This document shows positions 42,596-47,223 of a DNA stretch of 47,223 nt, piece by piece. The translations under genes and the position numbers were made by a program. Source of the stretch: Bdellovibrionia bacterium (GTDB lineage Bacteria; Bdellovibrionota; UBA1018); assembly GCA_044347055.1 (NCBI GenBank), contig JBIIXZ010000001.1:1-47223 (forward strand), given 5' to 3'. Position 1 is the first letter of the stretch. Each line of letters starts with the position of its first letter. The notes under the pieces were generated by a model, which was not told the origin of the DNA, did not search any database, and was given only the letters and a program-made list of their open reading frames with translations.

Positions 42596-43542
42596 ATGAA
42601 GAGGCTGCTCACGCTGTCGTAGTTGTGGATGCGATGGATGGCCTCGGCAAACAGGTCGGCCACCGAGACCTGCACGATCTTCGGGCAGTTCCTGGTGTGC
42701 TCGTTGGCCTGGATGGTGTCCGTGATCAGCACCTTTTCGATCCGCGAATTCGAGATGCGCTCGATGGCCGGGCCGGAGAGCACGCCGTGTGATGCCGCCG
42801 CAATCACGCGGGTGGCCCCATGGTCGAGGACGGCGTGTGCCGCTTCGGTCAGCGTGCCGGCAGTATCGATCATGTCGTCGAGAATCACCGCAACTTTGTC
42901 CTTCACGTCCCCGATAATGTTCATCGCCTTGGCGACGTTCGGGCCCGTGCGACGCTTGTCGATCACGGCAACCGAAGCATCGAGGCGTTTGGCATAATGA
43001 CGGGCGCGTTCGACGCCGCCCGCATCGGGGCTGACCATCACGAGATTGCTCACGCCCTGGGTTTCACGGCGGATGCGCTCGAGCATCACGGGCGATGCAA
43101 ACAGATTGTCGAACGGAATGTTGAAGAAGCCCTGGATCTGGCCCGCGTGCAGGTCCATCGAAACGACGCGCGTGGCGCCGGCAGTGGCGATCAGGTCAGC
43201 AGTCAGCTTGGCGCTGATCGGAGTACGGGGGGCCACCTTGCGATCCTGGCGCGCGTATCCGTAATACGGAATGACCGCCGTGATCTCCTTCGCGCTCGCA
43301 CGCTTGAGCGCGTCGATCATGATCAGGAGCTCCATCAGGGTTTCGTTCACCGGCCCTGAAGTGCTCTGGATGACGTAGACATCGCGACCACGAACGTTCT
43401 CGCCGATTTCGACGAAGACCTCGCCGTCACTGAACCGGCGGACCTCGGCGCGTCCCAGCGTCTTTCCGAGTCGCTTGCAGATCTGTTCGGCGAGCGGGCG
43501 ATTGGAATTGCCGGAAAGAATGACCCATTCTCTGAGGCGCAT
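42592..43542 (-). CDS. prs: Ribose-phosphate pyrophosphokinase
   Basis: Motifs: ILSGNSNRPLAEQI, RFSDGE, YYGYARQDRK, VSPDAGGVERAR, ILDDMIDTAGT. ATGA overlap with pth. Confidence 0.9.
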   Translation of the reverse strand: MRLREWVILSGNSNRPLAEQICKRLGKTLGRAEVRRFSDGEVFVEIGENVRGRDVYVIQSTSGPVNETLMELLIMIDALKRASAKEITAVIPYYGYARQDRKVAPRTPISAKLTADLIATAGATRVVSMDLHAGQIQGFFNIPFDNLFASPVMLERIRRETQGVSNLVMVSPDAGGVERARHYAKRLDASVAVIDKRRTGPNVAKAMNIIGDVKDKVAVILDDMIDTAGTLTEAAHAVLDHGATRVIAAASHGVLSGPAIERISNSRIEKVLITDTIQANEHTRNCPKIVQVSVADLFAEAIHRIHNYDSVSSLFI

Positions 43543-43655
43543 GCGTGGACGATCTCCCTAGAAATTTTGCGGGGTTATACATTAAAACCGAGTCTGCGGA
43601 CAACCGATTTTTGGTGCGCCGCGTAAAAGTGGGGCCGGGCGGCCTGAGGACGATC

Positions 43656-44207
43656 ATGAGCAAGGCGTTTACCAAGGAAGATTCGGGGGTTGAGCAGCCG
43701 GACGACGAGCTGGAGGAGGCGAGCCCCATTCCGAAGGGCACCAAGAACTACATGACCCCGGTCGGTGCCGAGCGTTTGCGCTCGGAGCTTAAGCAGCTAC
43801 TGAACGAGGCTCGCCCCGAAGTGGTTCGAACGGTGTCCTGGGCTGCATCGAACGGCGATCGTTCGGAAAACGGCGACTACATCTACGGAAAAAAGCGCCT
43901 CCGCGAAATCGACCGGCGCATCCGGTTTCTCCAGAGGCGGCTCGATAACGCCGAAGTCGTGGATCCTGCCCTGCAAAAGGGCGATCGGGTCCTGTTCGGC
44001 GCCCGTGTGACGATCGAAGATGAGCAGGGCGTGCGCAAAACCTATCGAATCGTGGGCATCGACGAAGCCGAGCCTGCGCGGGGTGATGTCAGCTGGATTT
44101 CGCCCATTGCCAAGGCGCTGCTGAATTCGCGTGTGGGCGATGTGGTCTCCTTCCGATCTCCGAAAGGCGAAGAGGATCTGGAAATCGTCTCTGTGGTGTA
44201 TTCATAA
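43656..44207 (+). CDS. greB: Transcript cleavage factor GreB (GreA/GreB family) with ~30-aa acidic N-extension
   Basis: WAASNGDRSENGDYIYGKKRLREIDRRIRFLQRRL closely matches the GreB signature. GAGGA lies 5 nt upstream of the ATG at 43656. Confidence 0.8.
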   Translation: MSKAFTKEDSGVEQPDDELEEASPIPKGTKNYMTPVGAERLRSELKQLLNEARPEVVRTVSWAASNGDRSENGDYIYGKKRLREIDRRIRFLQRRLDNAEVVDPALQKGDRVLFGARVTIEDEQGVRKTYRIVGIDEAEPARGDVSWISPIAKALLNSRVGDVVSFRSPKGEEDLEIVSVVYS

Positions 44208-44292
44208 CTAGACGGAATCACTTTATTTTCAATACTTGACCGTTTCTATACAAGTTGTTAGAAGCTCGGCGTTCATTGGAACGAGGTGCCTT

Positions 44293-44871
44293 ATGCAGCT
44301 TACCAGACGCTTTCTTTCGCTCTGTCCGGCCATCGTGCTTGCCGTTTTCATGGTCGTGCAATCCGGCATCGCAGCGGAGACTCCGGCACGGTTCCAGCCG
44401 GTCAAGGCCCTCAGCGATCCACGCCTTGCCGAGATCGCCCGGCAGTTCTCGAAAACGAATCGAGCCAGCTCGGCAACGAGCAGCCTCTTTGCCTATTCTC
44501 GCGCCCTGAGGATCGACCCCGTCACCCCATGGCCCTGGAGCGTTCGAAAGGATCGCGCCCTGCTGCGCGATGCGATGCGCACCATCCTGACCGGATACGC
44601 CAGTCCGGAGCAGCTCGAGGTTTCCGGGCCGATCAGCAAGAATTCCGAATCGACCTTTCGTCGACTCGACTCCATGCTTTTGCCGGTGTGGAGCGAAAAA
44701 TCGAGAGATTCGTTCGTGCCCCGAGTCGCTTCCATGCTTCGCGATACGGACGACTCCGTCCGCCTCTTTGAAGGCAGCGAGTCCAACAGCTTCGGGCACG
44801 GATCCTTCGTGATCATCGTCGACATGGCGAATCGTGAGATTCTTGTTTTGGGAATACAGTACGCAGAGTAA
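44293..44871 (+). CDS. Secreted hypothetical protein
   Basis: Signal peptide: MQLTRRFLSLCPAIVLAVFMVVQSGIAA. GAGG lies 5 nt upstream of the ATG at 44293. Confidence 0.55.
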   Translation: MQLTRRFLSLCPAIVLAVFMVVQSGIAAETPARFQPVKALSDPRLAEIARQFSKTNRASSATSSLFAYSRALRIDPVTPWPWSVRKDRALLRDAMRTILTGYASPEQLEVSGPISKNSESTFRRLDSMLLPVWSEKSRDSFVPRVASMLRDTDDSVRLFEGSESNSFGHGSFVIIVDMANREILVLGIQYAE

Positions 44872-45679
44872 AAATCGCGGCGTGCGCACTCCCAGCAAGT
44901 ATCATCTGTACGAAAATTCCGTCCAAAGCCCCGAAGCCCACATCGAGCTTCTCGCCCAGATCTGCACCGAGGTGGGCCGCAAGGAGTCGCGTCGGATGCG
45001 CGAGGACTTCTGCGGGACCGCGCAGCTTTCCTGCCAGTGGGTGGCTACCCATTCCGACAACACGGCCGTGGGGCTGGATCTCGACCCCGAGCCGCTGGCG
45101 TACGGGCTGAAAAACAATGTGGGCGCACTCAAGCCCAACCAGAGGACGCGGGTGAAGCTGCTCCGGAAGAATGTCCTGAGCCGTGGACCTGGAAAGTTCG
45201 ATCTCGTGGTTGCGGGCAACTTCTCGTTTTTCATCTTCAAGCAGCGTGCAGTCCTGCTCGAGTACTTTCGCAGCGTCCGCGCGAGCCTGGCCAAGGGAGG
45301 CGTCTTCACGCTCGAAATGGCGGGAGGACCCGGAATGATTGCTTCGACCCGGGAATATCGAACGATCCCGATTCCTGGAGCCGGCAAGGTCCGGTACACG
45401 TGGCACCAGCGCAAGTTCGACCCGATCACGCACGATGCGCTGTACTCGATCCACTTCACGCTTCCGAACGGCAAGAAGCTGAACCACGCCTTCGAATACG
45501 ACTGGCGTCTCTGGACCATTCCTGAGGTGCGCGACGCACTGATCGAAGCGGGTTTTCGCGACACTGCCGTTTACTGGGAAAAAGAAGACAAGCACGGACG
45601 GGGAACCGGCGAGTACGCGCTGGCCGACAAAGGCGACAACTCGCATTCGTGGATTGCCCAAGTCGTCGGAGTCTCCTGA
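44834..45679 (+). CDS. Class I SAM-dependent methyltransferase
   Basis: YENSVQSPEAHIELL...REDFCGTAQLS..W....AVGLDLDPEPL...FDLVVAGNFSFF...LAKGGVFTLE. The start is uncertain: the GTG at 44834 overlaps the upstream gene, and an alternative GTG is at 44882. Confidence 0.7.
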   Translation: MRFLFWEYSTQSKNRGVRTPSKYHLYENSVQSPEAHIELLAQICTEVGRKESRRMREDFCGTAQLSCQWVATHSDNTAVGLDLDPEPLAYGLKNNVGALKPNQRTRVKLLRKNVLSRGPGKFDLVVAGNFSFFIFKQRAVLLEYFRSVRASLAKGGVFTLEMAGGPGMIASTREYRTIPIPGAGKVRYTWHQRKFDPITHDALYSIHFTLPNGKKLNHAFEYDWRLWTIPEVRDALIEAGFRDTAVYWEKEDKHGRGTGEYALADKGDNSHSWIAQVVGVS

Positions 45680-47223
45680 TCAGGCAGCCTTGCGAGGCGG
45701 CTTTTTCTTGTTCCTCTGGCCCCGCTTCGAGGCTCGGGTCTGCGCGGGACGCGTTTCCGTTCGCGGCATGCGGGCAGGAGGAACCGTTCCGGCGGCGGGT
45801 CGCCTGGATTTTTCTTCGGGAACTCCCACTCGCTCGATCATGTATTCCTTGAGCGGCTTTCTTGCCGGTCCGCAGAGCACCTCGCCGTCGAGGCTGAACC
45901 TCGAACCGTGGCAGTCGCAGTCCCAGGTTTTTTCGAAAGAGTTGAAGCTCACTTCTCCTCCCAGATGCGTGCAGCGCGCGGAAACCGTGCGGATCTCGCC
46001 GTGCTCGTCGCGATGGCTGGCAACACGTTGGCCGTTGATCGTTCCCACACGCGCTTCTCCGGAAGCCAGGGTCGCCGGATCGAACTCCTCTTCTCGCCTT
46101 GCCCTCTCGAGCATCGGTTTGCCGACCAGCGACGCCGCAAGGTTCGTCGGATAGACGAGGTTGTGCGAGAGGAACTCGCGAAGATTGCGTGGACCAATGG
46201 CCCGGTGGGGGCTGAGCATGCGAGCCAGGTCTTCGGTCCTTCCGATCGCAAGCTCGCTCAGGAGCATGCCGGCAAGCATTCCCTGCGAGATGCCGTTTCC
46301 GGAGTATCCTGTGGAATAATGAATGCGCGGTGAACGCAGGCTTGGACCGACGAACGGAAGTCCGTCAACGGACTCAAAGACCTGCCCGGACCACGCACCG
46401 GTGATGGCCTCCACTTCGAAACGCGAGCGGACGTAATCCTCGAGCCTCTTCATGGAGTCCTTGCCGTCGTCCTGCGCCCTTCCTGTGCGGTGGTCCTCTC
46501 CGCCGACGATCAGCTGTCCGTTGGCCACTCGAAGGTAATGGTAGGGAGATTCCATGTCCCAGAAGAGCCCGTCCATGAGCGGGGCATTTTTGAGGCGAAC
46601 CGACATCACGTAGGTGCGCTGGGGGCTCACATTGAGATGCCCCATGCTGGGCCTGATCACGGGAGTATGGGTTGCGACAACGCACTGCTCGCAGGAGATC
46701 GTGCCGGATTCCGTGGTGATTCTTACGCCTTTCCGGGTCGGGGCGATGTCGATGGCCCGCGTGTGCTCGTGGATCTTGCCTCCTTCGCTCGAGAATGCGG
46801 ACAGCAGAAGACGAAGCGCGGCGTCCGGATCCACCTGGGCCTGGTTGTCGACGCGAATGGCGTGCGACACGGTAAACGGAAGCGGAACGTGCCTCACGAG
46901 CGCGCTGGAGATTTTGAGCTGCTCCATTGCGGCAAGCTCCCGGTTCAGCTCCTCGAGCTGCGTGTCGTTCTCGCAAAAAAGGTATCCAGGCACTCGCGAC
47001 CATCCGCAGGCGCCGATTCCTCCGAGCTCCTCGACCAGCGAACCCAGGCGATGAATCGCCATGCGGTGCGCCTCGGTGTAGCGCATGGCCTTCTCTGCAC
47101 CGAAAGTCTTGATCAGATGATGGAAGCGCGAATCGAGAACTTCGGTCAGGTGGGCGGTGCTTCGTGAGGTCTCTCCGTCGCCAATTTCCCGGGCTTCGAT
47201 CATCGTGACGGACTTGCCCGCAC
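45680..47223 (-). CDS. FAD-dependent oxidoreductase fused to C-terminal Rieske [2Fe-2S] domain; its 5' end lies beyond the window
   Basis: Rieske motifs: CTHLGGEV...CDCHGSRF. The frame stays open upstream of the listed Met (47223-47204 reads ..AGKSVT), as in the Rossmann region of DAO-type enzymes. A basic tail (KRGQRNKKKPPRKAA) closes the protein. Confidence 0.8.
   Translation of the reverse strand, partial: AGKSVTMIEAREIGDGETSRSTAHLTEVLDSRFHHLIKTFGAEKAMRYTEAHRMAIHRLGSLVEELGGIGACGWSRVPGYLFCENDTQLEELNRELAAMEQLKISSALVRHVPLPFTVSHAIRVDNQAQVDPDAALRLLLSAFSSEGGKIHEHTRAIDIAPTRKGVRITTESGTISCEQCVVATHTPVIRPSMGHLNVSPQRTYVMSVRLKNAPLMDGLFWDMESPYHYLRVANGQLIVGGEDHRTGRAQDDGKDSMKRLEDYVRSRFEVEAITGAWSGQVFESVDGLPFVGPSLRSPRIHYSTGYSGNGISQGMLAGMLLSELAIGRTEDLARMLSPHRAIGPRNLREFLSHNLVYPTNLAASLVGKPMLERARREEEFDPATLASGEARVGTINGQRVASHRDEHGEIRTVSARCTHLGGEVSFNSFEKTWDCDCHGSRFSLDGEVLCGPARKPLKEYMIERVGVPEEKSRRPAAGTVPPARMPRTETRPAQTRASKRGQRNKKKPPRKAA

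Noticed and set aside
42592-43542. Absence of rplY (L25/Ctc) between prs and pth as an anomaly
   Set aside because: The prs-pth overlap (ATGA) shows the junction is intact. Gene-order variation of this cluster is common among bacteria, so it is not informative by itself.

Overview
This is a GC-rich (roughly 60% by eye, not computed) bacterial chromosomal segment, densely coding on both strands. I support about 44 protein genes, 2 tRNAs and a few hairpin or terminator-like structures. I saw no rRNA, CRISPR array, transposase or integrase. Housekeeping genes recognisable from conserved motifs are maf, yggS, queA, pdxH, tadA, ampG, slt, ychF, pth, prs, greB and a polar amino-acid ABC transporter. 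They are interspersed with signalling genes and secreted or envelope genes. The ORF track omits both edge-truncated genes. One is a minus-strand ORF of more than 5.3 kb (1..5300 or beyond) encoding a giant modular adhesin-like protein. The other is the true 5' end of the FAD/Rieske oxidoreductase at the right edge. The most unusual content is: (i) two tandem paralogous genes for large secreted proteins (18063-22814) that share an uncharacterised C-terminal domain of about 290 aa, with a near-identical DNA tract; (ii) a fused double ATP-grasp (D-Ala-D-Ala-ligase-like) gene coupled to a DmpA/P1-type aminopeptidase; (iii) a sigma-less partner-switching module with a zinc-ribbon-tagged STAS protein and a pseudo-receiver/RsbW-like kinase, whose PP2C phosphatase sits in an operon with FecR-like and FNR-like genes; (iv) the giant adhesin, with Cys-rich modules and no canonical start codon ahead of its signal peptide. 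Many long ORFs in the track are antisense or off-frame shadows typical of GC-rich DNA, and I rejected them. Gene content (many peptidoglycan-acting, PilZ and partner-switching genes) is compatible with a Bdellovibrionota- or Myxococcota-like organism, but that is inference I cannot verify. All product calls rest on motif recognition by eye, not on database searches.
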